Counted from the stretch's first letter, positions 32,216 through 45,960 are shown. The stretch is 64,000 nt of DNA from Eledone cirrhosa (GCA_964016885.1 OZ024741.1:385144001-385208000), one strand, 5' to 3'. A program made the numbers and translations. Notes: generated by a model from the sequence alone, not told the origin.

Positions 32216-35200
32216 TTTGCCATTCTTCTCTGCTAAAATGCACCACTAGAGCTGATTCAAATTTTCCCAGCCAGCCATCCACCTAATCTACGAAGGTATT
32301 TTAGCCTACATATTGTCGTTAATATTATGATGTTCCCTGCTGTATTAGCGTTAAATTTTCCCTGCTGTATTAGCGATAAATTTTCGAGGGTTTCTCTTAG
32401 TAGCTTTTTCATGTCGTTAATATTATGATGTTCCCTGCTGTATTAGCGTTAAATTTTCCCTGCTGTATTAGCGATAAATTTTCGAGGGTTTCTCTTAGTA
32501 GCTTTTTCATGTCGTTAATATTATGATGTTCCCTGCTGTATTAGCGTTAAATTTTCCCTGCTGTATTAGCGATAAATTTTCGAGGGTTTCTCTTAGTAGC
32601 TTTTTCATGTCGTTAATATTATGATGTTCCCTGCTGTATTAGCGTTAAATTTTCCCTGCTGTATTAGCGATAAATTTTCGAGGGTTTCTCTTAGTAGCTT
32701 TTTCATGTCGTTAATATTATGATGTTCCCTGCTGTATTAGCGTTAAATTTTCCCTGCTGTATTAGCGATAAATTTTCGAGGGTTTCTCTTAGTAGCTTTT
32801 TCATGTCGTTAATATTATGATGTTCCCTGCTGTATTAGCGTTAAATTTTCCCTGCTGTATTAGCGATAAATTTTCGAGGGTTTCTCTTAGTAGCTTTTTC
32901 ATGTCGTTAATATTATGATGTTCCCTGCTGTATTAGCGTTAAATTTTCCCTGCTGTATTAGCGATAAATTTTCGAGGGTTTCTCTTAGTAGCTTTTTCAT
33001 GTCGTTAATATTATGATGTTCCCTGCTGTATTAGCGTTAAATTTTCCCTGCTGTATTAGCGATAAATTTTCGAGGGTTTCTCTTAGTAGCTTTTTCATGT
33101 CGTTAATATTATGATGTTCCCTGCTGTATTAGCGTTAAATTTTCCCTGCTGTATTAGCGATAAATTTTCGAGGGTTTCTCTTAGTAGCTTTTTTCATGAC
33201 GTTATTATTGTTAATTTTACTCATGTAGTATTAACTTATTAACTTGGATATTTACCATGCGGTATTCTAATCCTATTGTATCTCTCTCAGTTATTTACCA
33301 TGCGAGCCTCAGTTCCTACCCCCCCCCCCCCCCCTCTATGCACTTCTTTAAGGCTTACTACCCTGTCTTTAACCTAATTCATTCAATCTGAAAATATTGA
33401 AGAGATAAGACACTTTGCCATTCTTCTCTGCTAAAATGTACCACTAGAGCTGATTCAAATTTCCCAGCCAGCCATCCACCTAATCTACGAAGGTATTTTA
33501 GCCTACATATTGTCGTTAATATTATGATGTTCCCTGCTGTATTAGCGTTAAATTTTCCCTGCTGTATTAGCGATAAATTTTCGAGGGTTTCTCTTAGTAG
33601 CTTTTTCATGTCGTTAATATTATGATGTTCCCTGCTGTATTAGCGTTAAATTTTCCCTGCTGTATTAGCGATAAATTTTCGAGGGTTTCTCTTAGTAGCT
33701 TTTTTCATGACGTTATTATTGTTAATTTTACTGATGTAGTATTAACTTATTAACTTGGATATTTACCATGCGGTATTCTAATCCTATTGTATCTCTCTCA
33801 GTTATTTACCATGCGACCCTCAGTTCCTACCCCCCCCCCCCCTCTATGCACTTCTTTAAGGCTTACTACCCTGTCTTTAACCTAATTCATTCAATCTGAA
33901 AATATTGAAGAGATAAGACACTTTGCCATTCTTCTCTGCTAAAATGTACCACTAGAGCTGATTCAAATTTTCCCAGCCAGCCATCCACCTAATCTACGAA
34001 GGTATTTTAGCCTACATATTGTCGTTAATATTATGATGTTCCCTGCTGTATTAGCGTTAAATTTTCCCTGCTGTATTAGCGATAAATTTTCGAGGGTTTC
34101 TCTTAGTAGCTTTTTCATGTCGTTAATATTATGATGTTCCCTGCTGTATTAGCGTTAAATTTTCCCTGCTGTATTAGCGATAAATTTTCGAGGGTTTCTC
34201 TTAGTAGCTTTTTCATGTCGTTAATATTATGATGTTCCCTGCTGTATTAGCGTTAAATTTTCCCTGCTGTATTAGCGATAAATTTTCGAGGGTTTCTCTT
34301 AGTAGCTTTTTCATGTCGTTAATATTATGATGTTCCCTGCTGTATTAGCGTTAAATTTTCCCTGCTGTATTAGCGATAAATTTTCGAGGGTTTCTCTTAG
34401 TAGCTTTTTCATGTCGTTAATATTATGATGTTCCCTGCTGTATTAGCGTTAAATTTTCCCTGCTGTATTAGCGATAAATTTTCGAGGGTTTCTCTTAGTA
34501 GCTTTTTCATGTCGTTAATATTATGATGTTCCCTGCTGTATTAGCGTTAAATTTTCCCTGCTGTATTAGCGATAAATTTTCGAGGGTTTCTCTTAGTAGC
34601 TTTTTCATGTCGTTAATATTATGATGTTCCCTGCTGTATTAGCGTTAAATTTTCCCTGCTGTATTAGCGATAAATTTTCGAGGGTTTCTCTTAGTAGCTT
34701 TTCATGTCGTTAATATTATGATGTTCCCTGCTGTATTAGCGTTAAATTTTCCCTGCTGTATTAGCGATAAATTTTCGAGGGTTTCTCCTAGTAGCTTTTT
34801 CATGTCGTTAATATTATGATGTTCCCTGCTGTATTAGCGTTAAATTTTCCCTGCTGTATTAGCGATAAATTTTCGAGGGTTTCTCTTAGTAGCTTTTTTC
34901 ATGACGTTATTATTGTTAATTTTACTGATGTAGTATTAACTTGGATATTTACCATGCGACCCTCAGTTCCTACCCCCCCCCCCTCTATGCACTTCTTTAA
35001 GGCTTACTACCCTGTCTTTAACCTAATTCATTCAATCTGAAAATATTGAAGAGATAAGACACTTTGCCATTCTTCTCTGCTAAAATGTACCACTGAGCTG
35101 ATTCAAATTTTCCCAGCCAGCCATCCACCTAATCTACGAAGGTATTTTAGCCTACATATTGTCGTTAATATTATGATGTTCCCTGCTGTATTAGCGTTAA

Positions 35201-36409
35201 ATTTTCCCTGCTGTATTAGCGATAAATTTTCGAGGGTTTCTCTTAGTAGCTTTTTCATGTCGTTAATATTATGATGTTCCCTGCTGTATTAGCGTTAAAT
35301 TTTCCCTGCTGTATTAGCGATAAATTTTCGAGGGTTTCTCTTAGTAGCTTTTTCATGTCGTTAATATTATGATGTTCCCTGCTGTATTAGCGTTAAATTT
35401 TCCCTGCTGTATTAGCGATAAATTTTCGAGGGTTTCTCTTAGTAGCTTTTTCATGTCGTTAATATTATGATGTTCCCTGCTGTATTAGCGTTAAATTTTC
35501 CCTGCTGTATTAGCGATAAATTTTCGAGGGTTTCTCTTAGTAGCTTTTTCATGTCGTTAATATTATGATGTTCCCTGCTGTATTAGCGTTAAATTTTCCC
35601 TGCTGTATTAGCGATAAATTTTCGAGGGTTTCTCTTAGTAGCTTTTTCATGTCGTTAATATTATGATGTTCCCTGCTGTATTAGCGTTAAATTTTCCCTG
35701 CTGTATTAGCGATAAATTTTCGAGGGTTTCTCTTAGTAGCTTTTTCATGTCGTTAATATTATGATGTTCCCTGCTGTATTAGCGTTAAATTTTCCCTGCT
35801 GTATTAGCGATAAATTTTCGAGGGTTTCTCTTAGTAGCTTTTTCATGTCGTTAATATTATGATGTTCCCTGCTGTATTAGCGTTAAATTTTCCCTGCTGT
35901 ATTAGCGATAAATTTTCGAGGGTTTCTCTTAGTAGCTTTTTCATGTCGTTAATATTATGATGTTCCCTGCTGTATTAGCGTTAAATTTTCCCTGCTGTAT
36001 TAGCGATAAATTTTCGAGGGTTTCTCTTAGTAGCTTTTTCATGTCGTTAATATTATGATGTTCCCTGCTGTATTAGCGTTAAATTTTCCCTGCTGTATTA
36101 GCGATAAATTTTCGAGGGTTTCTCTTAGTAGCTTTTTCATGTCGTTAATATTATGATGTTCCCTGCTGTATTAGCGTTAAATTTTCCCTGCTGTATTAGC
36201 GATAAATTTTCGAGGGTTTCTCTTAGTAGCTTTTTCATGTCGTTAATATTATGATGTTCCCTGCTGTATTAGCGTTAAATTTTCCCTGCTGTATTAGCGA
36301 TAAATTTTCGAGGGTTTCTCTTAGTAGCTTTTTTCATGACGTTATTATTGTTAATTTTACTGATGTAGTATTAACTTGGATATTTACCATGCGACCCTCA
36401 GTTCCTACC
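32182..36409 (+). repeat. Nested tandem array: 4 higher-order units (32182, 33380, 33888, 35029) holding 9, 2, 9 and 12 copies of a 98-bp monomer
   Basis: Monomer starts tgtcgttaat at 32314, 32412, 32510...; each monomer has an internal 25-bp duplication. Confidence 0.95.
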
Positions 36410-36652
36410 TCACAATTTCCCTCCCCCCCACCCCCACACACCACCATAGTCTATTCGACCAATCAAACCTAGCATGCCATTTCCACTGCTGCTGCTGCTA
36501 CTACCTGCCTAACTAACTCTCTCCTCCTCTGGCGCATCCCAACACACCCTGCCATTACCCCACCACCACTGTCCTTCTAGCCCTCAATTTTCCCACCGTT
36601 AGGGATGGATGAGCTGGGAATACACGAGCAACTCTGAATCAATAGATGAAAT

Positions 36653-39600
36653 ATGAATCTGCGAGCTACCAAGCACCCACGTGAAGCGCCAACCCAGAGA
36701 CCCTCCCCTACGAGTGTCGACAAATGCCCAAAACTCCGAGTTGGTACCATCAATGTAGGCTCAATGAAAGGAAGAGCAGGAGAAATCGTAGAAATGCTAG
36801 AGCGAAAGGAAGTTGATGTATGCTGTGTGCAAGAGACTAGATGGAGAGGAGGGTCTGCTAGAGTCCTTGTAGGAAAAAGCCAGTGCTACAAATTTTTCTG
36901 GGTGGGAAATGACGATGGGATGGGTGGTGTAGGTATACTATTAGCTGACAAGTGGGTAGATAAAGTAATCTCAGTGTACAGGGTAAATGCAAGAATCATT
37001 AAACTCAGACTAGTCCTGAATAAGACAATTACCACAATAATATCAGCTTACGCACCCCAATCGGGGCTGCCAGACGAACTTAAGGATAGGTTTTACGAGT
37101 CCCTAATACACACTACTGCTCTAACAGACGACAAGGACTTCCTAATCATTGCAGGAGATTTTAACGGACACGTAGGTAAACACTGCGACGGCTTCAATAG
37201 AGTACATGGAGGCCATGGAGTTGGCACAAGGAATGAGGAAGGATTCAGACTTCTAGAATTCTGCGACGCCAATGACATGTCGATATGTAACACAAACTTT
37301 AAAAAACCCGACAACCACCTGATCACCTATAGATCAGGGGAGCACTCTAGTCAGTTAGATTTTATCCTCATCAGAGGACGTGACAGATGGACGGTCGTAA
37401 ACACAAAAGCCTTCCCTAGTGAGGAATGTACATCCCAACATAGCTTAGTTGTCAGCGACCTCACGGTCAGAACTAGACGAGCCCTGAAACAGAGGCCAAC
37501 CTGGAGAAGAAAGATCTGGAAGCTGAAAGTCCCCTCAACCAGTAACAGATTTAAAGATATTTTACTCAACGCCTACGACAGTAAAGAAGAACAGATAGAG
37601 ACATTTAACGTAGAAGAGAACTGGGAGTTCCTAAAAAATAACTTACTAGAGGCGACGGATGAGGTTTGTGGCTGGAGTAAGACCTCAAGCAGGAGGAGAG
37701 TGACTTGGTGGTGGAACAATAAGGTAGATGAAGCAGTCAAGGCCAAGAGACAGGCATGGAAAGAATGGAAGAACGGGGGGAGCAGGGTACATTACATAGA
37801 GACCAAGAGGGAAGCTAGGCGACAAGTATACTTAGCTAGGAGGGAAGCAGAGGATAGAAAATTCAAGCATGTTTTACAACGTGAGGACCAGAAACAGGAG
37901 GTATTCAAGATTGCGAGGCAGTGTGTCAGAGATAGTTGTGATGTCATTGGAGAGAAGTGTATCCGGAATGATAAAGGTGAGCTTGCCCTCACAAGTGCTG
38001 AGAAGAAAGATGCATGGAAGAGTCATTATGATAGATTACTAAATGAGGAGAATGCATGGGAAGAAGAGACCCTACCCCACGTAGACCCTATAGAGGGACC
38101 AGCAGTACAAGTCAGCGGCAGCGTAGTAAGTAAGGCAATCAGAGATATGAAGATAGGGAAGGCAACCGGTCCATCGGGTATAGCTGCCGAGATGCTGAAG
38201 GCATCTGGGTCTGTAGGTCACACTATAACCACACGTATCGTTAACCAGGTAATACTAGAGGGGGCCATACCAAAAGATTGGTGCAGTAGCATCATTGTCA
38301 ACTGCTACAAAGGTAAAGGCGATGCACTAGATAGAGGAAACTATAGAGGTATAAAGTTGATGGACCAGGTCATGAAAGTAACAGAAAGAGTTATAGCACA
38401 GCTGATTAGGGACCGGGTGAATATAGACGAGATGCAATTTGGGTTTGTTCCAGGGAAAGGCACCACTGATGCGCTCTTCCTTGTGAGGCAATTACAGGAA
38501 AAGTACCTAGCTAAAAGTAAGCCACTCTACTTGGCATTTGTCGACCTTGAGAAAGCCTTTGACAGAGTTCCACGTGCAGTAATCTGGTGGGCTCTTAGAA
38601 AACTAGGAGTAGATGAATGGCTTGTGAAAGCGGTACAAGCCATGTATAGGGGAGCAGTCAGCAAAGTTAGGATTGGCAATGAGTATAGCGAGGAATTTAG
38701 CGTACAGGTTGGGGTCCACCAGGGCTCTGTTCTTAGCCCTCTCCTGTTCATCATAGTCCTGCAGGCAATAACGGAGGAGTTTAAGACCGGATGCCCATGG
38801 GAACTCCTGTATGCTGATGACCTCGCACTCATAGCTGAATCTATGGTAGAACTAGAGAATAAATTCCAAACCTGGAAGCAGGGACTAGAGAGAAAGGGCC
38901 TCAAAGTCAACATGACAAAGACTAAGGTCCTTATAAGTAGACGAGAAAACAGAACCCAGATCCCCTCAGGGAAATGGCCTTGCTCAGTATGTAGGAAAGG
39001 TGTAGGTAGGAACTCCATTCTTTGCCCCAAATGCAAACAATGGGTACACAAGAGATGTAGCGGGATCTCAGGAAGCTTAATTAAGAATGTAGGATTCACA
39101 TGCAGCAGCTGTGCTGAAACAGCAAGCAAACAGCCACAGGAAACAAGTACCACCAATCTCTGGGAGGGCCCTGTAGAAACAGTAGACAGCTTCTGCTACC
39201 TAGGTGACCGAATTAGCAACGGAGGTGGGTGCTCAGAAAGTACAATAACTAGGGTAAGAACGGGATGGAAGAAGTTTAGGGAACTACTACCACTGCTAGC
39301 TGCAAAAGGCTTCTCCCTCAGAATGAAAGGCAGACTGTATGATGCGTGTATCCGAACAGCGATGTTGCATGGTAGTGAGACCTGGGCGCTGAAGGTGGAA
39401 GACTTACGTAGATTAGAGAGAAACGAAGCCTGCATGCTCCGATGGATGTGTAACAGTAATATACGTGAACGACAAAGCATAAATGAATTGAGAGAGAGAC
39501 TGAGCATAAGAGGAATCAAATGCTGCGTGCAGGAGAGGCGGTTACGCTGGTATGGACATGTGATGCGTATGAAGGATGACAGCTGCATAAAAAGGTGCAG

Positions 39601-39772
39601 AGCACTAGAAGTTGATGGAAACCGCGGAGTGGGGAGACCCAAGATGACTTGGGATGAGGTGATAAAAGCCGACCTTACCCAACTACACCTCTCAAAGTCA
39701 ATGACACACGACCGTGACTTCTGGCGTCACGCAGTAATACAGGGTACCCGACCTCCCATGGGTACATGCTGA
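36653..39772 (+). CDS. RTE LINE ORF: APE endonuclease + reverse transcriptase with embedded PHD-type zinc finger (1039 aa, intact)
   Basis: GTINV, CVQETRW, GVGI, SAYAPQ, GDFNGHVG, QLDFIL, SQHSLV; FVDLEKAFD, QGSVLSP, YADD; CSVC-x10-CPKC-x4-H-x2-C-x14-CSSC. Confidence 0.96.
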   Translation: MNLRATKHPREAPTQRPSPTSVDKCPKLRVGTINVGSMKGRAGEIVEMLERKEVDVCCVQETRWRGGSARVLVGKSQCYKFFWVGNDDGMGGVGILLADKWVDKVISVYRVNARIIKLRLVLNKTITTIISAYAPQSGLPDELKDRFYESLIHTTALTDDKDFLIIAGDFNGHVGKHCDGFNRVHGGHGVGTRNEEGFRLLEFCDANDMSICNTNFKKPDNHLITYRSGEHSSQLDFILIRGRDRWTVVNTKAFPSEECTSQHSLVVSDLTVRTRRALKQRPTWRRKIWKLKVPSTSNRFKDILLNAYDSKEEQIETFNVEENWEFLKNNLLEATDEVCGWSKTSSRRRVTWWWNNKVDEAVKAKRQAWKEWKNGGSRVHYIETKREARRQVYLARREAEDRKFKHVLQREDQKQEVFKIARQCVRDSCDVIGEKCIRNDKGELALTSAEKKDAWKSHYDRLLNEENAWEEETLPHVDPIEGPAVQVSGSVVSKAIRDMKIGKATGPSGIAAEMLKASGSVGHTITTRIVNQVILEGAIPKDWCSSIIVNCYKGKGDALDRGNYRGIKLMDQVMKVTERVIAQLIRDRVNIDEMQFGFVPGKGTTDALFLVRQLQEKYLAKSKPLYLAFVDLEKAFDRVPRAVIWWALRKLGVDEWLVKAVQAMYRGAVSKVRIGNEYSEEFSVQVGVHQGSVLSPLLFIIVLQAITEEFKTGCPWELLYADDLALIAESMVELENKFQTWKQGLERKGLKVNMTKTKVLISRRENRTQIPSGKWPCSVCRKGVGRNSILCPKCKQWVHKRCSGISGSLIKNVGFTCSSCAETASKQPQETSTTNLWEGPVETVDSFCYLGDRISNGGGCSESTITRVRTGWKKFRELLPLLAAKGFSLRMKGRLYDACIRTAMLHGSETWALKVEDLRRLERNEACMLRWMCNSNIRERQSINELRERLSIRGIKCCVQERRLRWYGHVMRMKDDSCIKRCRALEVDGNRGVGRPKMTWDEVIKADLTQLHLSKSMTHDRDFWRHAVIQGTRPPMGTC

Positions 39773-40075
39773 AGCATATAAACAATATGCCCCCCCCCCC
39801 CACCGCAAGGTGGTCGTGGAGGTGCCACGGCAAAAAAGCACCCAGCCCACACTGTAAAGTGGACGTGTAGGCGCCACGAAAAAGCACCCAGCACTCACTG
39901 TAAATGAGGTTGGTGTTAGGAAGGGCATCCAGCTGTAGAAATCAAGCCAGATCAGTTCCTGTATGAGCAAGGCATGGTCAGCCGACCAGACACTGCCCAC
40001 AACAGGACAACCCGTCTAACCCATGCTAGCGTGGAAGAACGGACGTAAAACGGTGATGATGATGATGATGATGAT

Positions 40076-40171
40076 ACAAATATATATATATATATACATA
40101 TACAAATGTATAAAAATATATATATATATATAGATATACAAATATAAATATATATATATATAGAGAGATAT

Positions 40172-40236
<65 letters not shown>

Positions 40237-40265
40237 GAAATATATATATACATATACAAATACAA

Positions 40266-40298
<33 letters not shown>

Positions 40299-40472
40299 CA
40301 TATACAAATATATATATATATATATATACATATACAAATATATATATACATATACAAATATATATATACATATACAAATATATATATGTATATACTAATA
40401 TATATATATATATATACATATACAAATATATATATATATACATATACAAATATATATATATACATATACAAA

Positions 40473-40506
<34 letters not shown>

Positions 40507-40511
40507 CATAT

Positions 40512-40560
<49 letters not shown>

Positions 40561-40563
40561 TAT

Positions 40564-40614
<51 letters not shown>

Positions 40615-40617
40615 TAT

Positions 40618-40666
<49 letters not shown>

Positions 40667-40667
40667 A

Positions 40668-40708
<41 letters not shown>

Positions 40709-40834
40709 AATATATATATATATATATATACATATTCAAATATATATATATATATATATACATATACAAATATATATATATATATATATACATATTCAAA
40801 TATATATATATATATATATACATATTCAAATGTA

Positions 40835-40870
<36 letters not shown>

Positions 40871-40884
40871 CATATACATACATA
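40076..40884. repeat. (TA)n field
   Basis: Directly visible. Confidence 0.95.
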
Positions 40885-41529
40885 TACCTGGGCGATAAAA
40901 TGCAGTGGGGGAGGGTGCTCTGAAAGTACTGTAGCTACTCGAGAGAAGGCTGCATTGGTATGGACACGTGATGCGCATGAAAGTCGATAGCTGTATAACA
41001 AAGTGCAGGGCAATAAAGATAGACGGTAGCCACGGAATAGGCAGACCTAGAAAAACATGGGATGAGCTGATAAACTCCGACCTCACACACTTACACCTCT
41101 CCAAGACAATGTCACTGGACCGAGACCTTTGGCGGTACTCAGTAACAGAGAAGACCTGCCTTGCCAGTAGGCATCTCTAACAAAATACACCCCGTCCCGC
41201 CACCACCCCCACCCCATCCACACCACCCCGTTCTATGTAAAGTTATGTTGGTGCCGCGCCATCCAGGCCGAAACAAATGAGATCGTGTAGGTGTCACGAC
41301 AAAAAAACACACAGTCCACGCTGTAATGTGGCCGTGTAGGCAACACGGTAAAAACCTCCCAGACCCACACTGTAAATGTGGTTGGTGTTAGGAAGGGCAT
41401 CCAACTGTAGAAAACCTGCCAGACAGTCCTATGCGAGCAAGACAATCACTCTTGCCTCAAGTGGGACTACCCCCGTCCAAACCCATGCAAGCGTGGAACA
41501 CGGACGTTAAACGTTGATGATGATGATGA
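40885..41529 (+). mobile_element. RTE family 2, 3' fragment with internal deletions
   Basis: Matches ~17540-17593 joined to ~17873 onward; second deletion across the stop codon. Confidence 0.88.
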
Positions 41530-41584
41530 AATATATATAAATATATATACATGTACAAATATATATATATATATACATATACAA

Positions 41585-41615
<31 letters not shown>

Positions 41616-41638
41616 CAAATATATATATATTTATATAC

Positions 41639-41686
<48 letters not shown>

Positions 41687-41688
41687 TC

Positions 41689-41762
<74 letters not shown>

Positions 41763-41764
41763 TC

Positions 41765-41799
<35 letters not shown>

Positions 41800-41814
41800 T
41801 ATATATTTATATTC

Positions 41815-41867
<53 letters not shown>

Positions 41868-41896
41868 AATATATATATATATATATATATACATAT

Positions 41897-41993
<97 letters not shown>

Positions 41994-42017
41994 CAAATAT
42001 ATATATATATATATATT

Positions 42018-42059
<42 letters not shown>

Positions 42060-42128
42060 AATATATACATATATTTATATACACACATACAAATATATAT
42101 ATATATATATACAAATATATATATATAT

Positions 42129-42215
<87 letters not shown>

Positions 42216-42640
42216 AATATATACATATATTTATATACACATATACAAATATATATATATATATATATACAAATATATATATATATATATACAAATATAT
42301 ATATATATATATATATATACAAATATATATATATATATATACAAATATATATATATATATACGGATAATATTCTATGTTTCTTGAAACATATATTTACTA
42401 TAATCCCCTTCTCCAACCCCCCCCTTTCCCCCATACTATTACCATCTGTGTTTGTAGGCGTGTATGTATGAATATATATGTAGGTAGGTGTATATATGTT
42501 TGGTTATTTATATCTGAATATAAAAATACATATATGCGCATGCAAATAAGAATGTAAGATTGTGTGTGTATATATATGTGTGTGTATGTATGTGTATATG
42601 TGTATATATGCATGTGTGTATATATATGTGTGTGTGTGTG

Positions 42641-42711
<71 letters not shown>

Positions 42712-42971
42712 GTGTGTATGTATGTATGTATATGTGTGTGTGTGTATATATATGTATGTCTCTCTATTTATATGTCTATCTTCGTATCTATGTGGATATA
42801 TGTGTGTGTGCGCATGTATACACATATATGTGTTTATGTGTATACGTGTGTATGTGTATATATGTGTGTGTGCACACACATGTATATGTGAGTGTGTATA
42901 TATGTGTGTGTATATGTATGTGTATATATATATATATATATGTATCTATGTGCGTATGTATGTCTATATTC

Positions 42972-43031
<60 letters not shown>

Positions 43032-43275
43032 GTTATATATATATATATTATTTATTATTATAATATAACTTATGTGTATGTGTGTATATGTGAGGGTGTG
43101 TATATGTATATATATATATGTGTATATATGTGTGTAAAAAAATATATATGTGCATGTCTGTTTTTTATGTGTGTGTATATATATATATGTGTATATATAT
43201 GTATATGTGGGTGTTTGTATGTGTATTTTTGGTTGTATGTGGGTGTGAGTATATATATATAATATATATATAAGT

Positions 43276-43315
<40 letters not shown>

Positions 43316-43623
43316 ATATATATCTCTATTAATGCGTGTATATATGTATATGTATATGCCTTTTTCTTTGTATGTCTGAGTTGGGTGAGGGTGTAGTGGT
43401 GTTTCTATGTATATACGCATATATGGATGCGTATGTATTTGTATATATGAGTATATGTAAGTGCGTATGTATGTATGATTATATATCTAATTCTATGTAT
43501 GAGTATATATGTGTGTATGTATGTATGTGTGTGTATGTATCTATGTATGTGTATGTATGTACATATATGTCTATGTATGTGTGTATGTATATGTATGTGT
43601 ATATATATGTATATATTATATAT

Positions 43624-43654
<31 letters not shown>

Positions 43655-44229
43655 CTTCATTTTTTATATATATGTGTGTGTGTGTATGTGTGTGTGTGTG
43701 TGTATATATATCTTATATATATGTGTATGTGTATGTTCGTGTAGGTGTATGTGTGTGTATGACTAAATATGTATGTGTGTATGTGTGTATGTGTATATAT
43801 ACTCTATGTGTGTGTACATGTATGTATGTGTATGTATGTGTATGTGTGTATATGTGTAATATGTATGTATATGTATATATATATTATATATATATATATA
43901 TATATGTGTATATATAATATATATATATGTATATGTTTCTCTATTTGTATATGTATATGTGTATAGGTATATACCTTTTTCTTTGTATGTCTGAGTTGTG
44001 TGAGAGTGTAGTGGTGTTGTATGTATATACCGATATATAGATGCCTAAGTATTTGTCTGTATGTATGTTTGTATGTATGTCTGTATGTATTTGTGTGTTA
44101 TATATAGGTATGTATGTGTATATCTGTATGTATATATGTATGTAAGTGTATGTATATGTGCGTGTATGTGTGTATATATATTGTGTCTATATAGTATGTG
44201 TGATTATATGTGTATGTATGAGTGTATGT

Positions 44230-44264
<35 letters not shown>

Positions 44265-44600
44265 ATATATATATGTGTATATGTATATGTGTATTTATAT
44301 GTATGTGTGTATATGTATGTATGTGTGTTATATGTATATGTTTATATATGTGTGTGTATGTATGTTCTAAGTGTGGATGTGTGTATATGTATGTATGTGT
44401 TTGTATGTGTGTATGTGTTATATATATGTGTGTATGTACGTGTTATGTATATATAATATATATATATATATATATGTATATATAATATATAATATATATA
44501 TATATATATTTTCTTGATATATTTCTTTTTTCTTTTTTCTTTTTCTTTTTCTTTTCTTTCCTTTTTAATGTTTATTTATTATTTATTATTTTTTATTTTC
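41530..44600. repeat. (TA)n then (TG/TATG)n low-complexity tract
   Basis: Directly visible; ~80-bp diverged duplication at ~43358 and ~43974. Confidence 0.9.
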
Positions 44601-44613
44601 TTAGTTTTATAGA

Positions 44614-45350
44614 TACATCTATATTAAGCAGTCTGCCCAAACAGTTGAATACTGACCTCTCCCCCCCTCCACCTAATTTCTGTATCTTGATCTAAATGTG
44701 TGTGCCAATGTTTATGTGAGTGAATTAATATCCATGTGCTTAGGATTTTATATCCACATATATATATGTGAGTGGGGGTGTGTGTGTGTTTGTATGTTCG
44801 TAGTTTATGTGTATGTTTATGCATATACGCGTGTGTATGTGTGATTGTACGGATATGAGTGAGTATGAAAATATGTATATACACTTATTTCATATTTATG
44901 TGTCTATACGCATCTTATCTGTGCATTATAAACTTACAGAGACATTAACCTTGAAATTTTGTATTTGCATCCATCTTTTCGTATGCGTATACAAGTTGTG
45001 CATACATTTTTGTAAAATATGTGTAAGGGTAGTTACATGTATATACACACACCGAACTGCATTAAACCTTTTGTATTTTCATTGGTCAATTTTGTTCCCA
45101 AACGGACCTGAAATTTTGAATTGTTGTTATTATCAATAAATATATTTCATTATTTCTGAAGACGGCGTATATATGTGTTGGTATGTATATTTAATCTTGA
45201 TAGTTTGTATAATTTTGTACATAGATCTGTTGAATATGCATGCAATTCTAACACATATATATCCTAGAAACGATCGTTAAATAATGAACTTTTTTTGTTT
45301 AATATAAGGAACTGTTTTCATTGTTTATTCATTATTTGTTTAATATTTTA
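44614..45350 (+). mobile_element. PLE family E 3'UTR/pLTR (non-coding)
   Basis: Hammerhead close to the right end; ~45149-45350 recurs inverted at ~46096-46300; left boundary uncertain. Confidence 0.6.
45146..45288 (+). ncRNA. Type I hammerhead ribozyme with ~100-nt stem II
   Basis: TTCATTATTT-CTGAAGA-..TATATATGTGTTGG..CTAACACATATATA..-GAA-ACGATCGT-T-AAATAATGAA. Confidence 0.8.
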
Positions 45351-45478
45351 TATACAAATATATATATATATATATATATACAAATATATATATAATATAT
45401 ATTATATATATATATATAATATATTATAATATATATATATATACAAATATATACATATATTTATATACACATATACAA

Positions 45479-45509
<31 letters not shown>

Positions 45510-45732
45510 AATATATATAATATATATTATAAATATATATACACATATACAAATATATATATATATATATACATATACAAATATACAAATATATATACAT
45601 ATATACATATACAAATATACAAATATATATATATATATACATATACAAATATATGTATATATATACATATACAAATATATGTATATATATATATATACAT
45701 ATACAAATATATGTATATATATATATACATAT

Positions 45733-45773
<41 letters not shown>

Positions 45774-45806
45774 CAAATATATGTATATATATATATACAT
45801 ATACAA

Positions 45807-45935
<129 letters not shown>

Positions 45936-45960
45936 CAAATATATATATATATATATATAT

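Larger units (their letters stand above)
32182..40075 (+). mobile_element. Full-length RTE-clade LINE family 1, including tandem-array 5'UTR
   Basis: Array runs without a TA break into the pre-ORF sequence; intact ORF; (GAT)n tail; (TA)n on both outer flanks. Confidence 0.8.

Noticed and set aside
32314-36336. CRISPR-like array next to a reverse transcriptase
   Set aside because: Monomers are near-identical with no unique spacers, no cas genes, eukaryotic context
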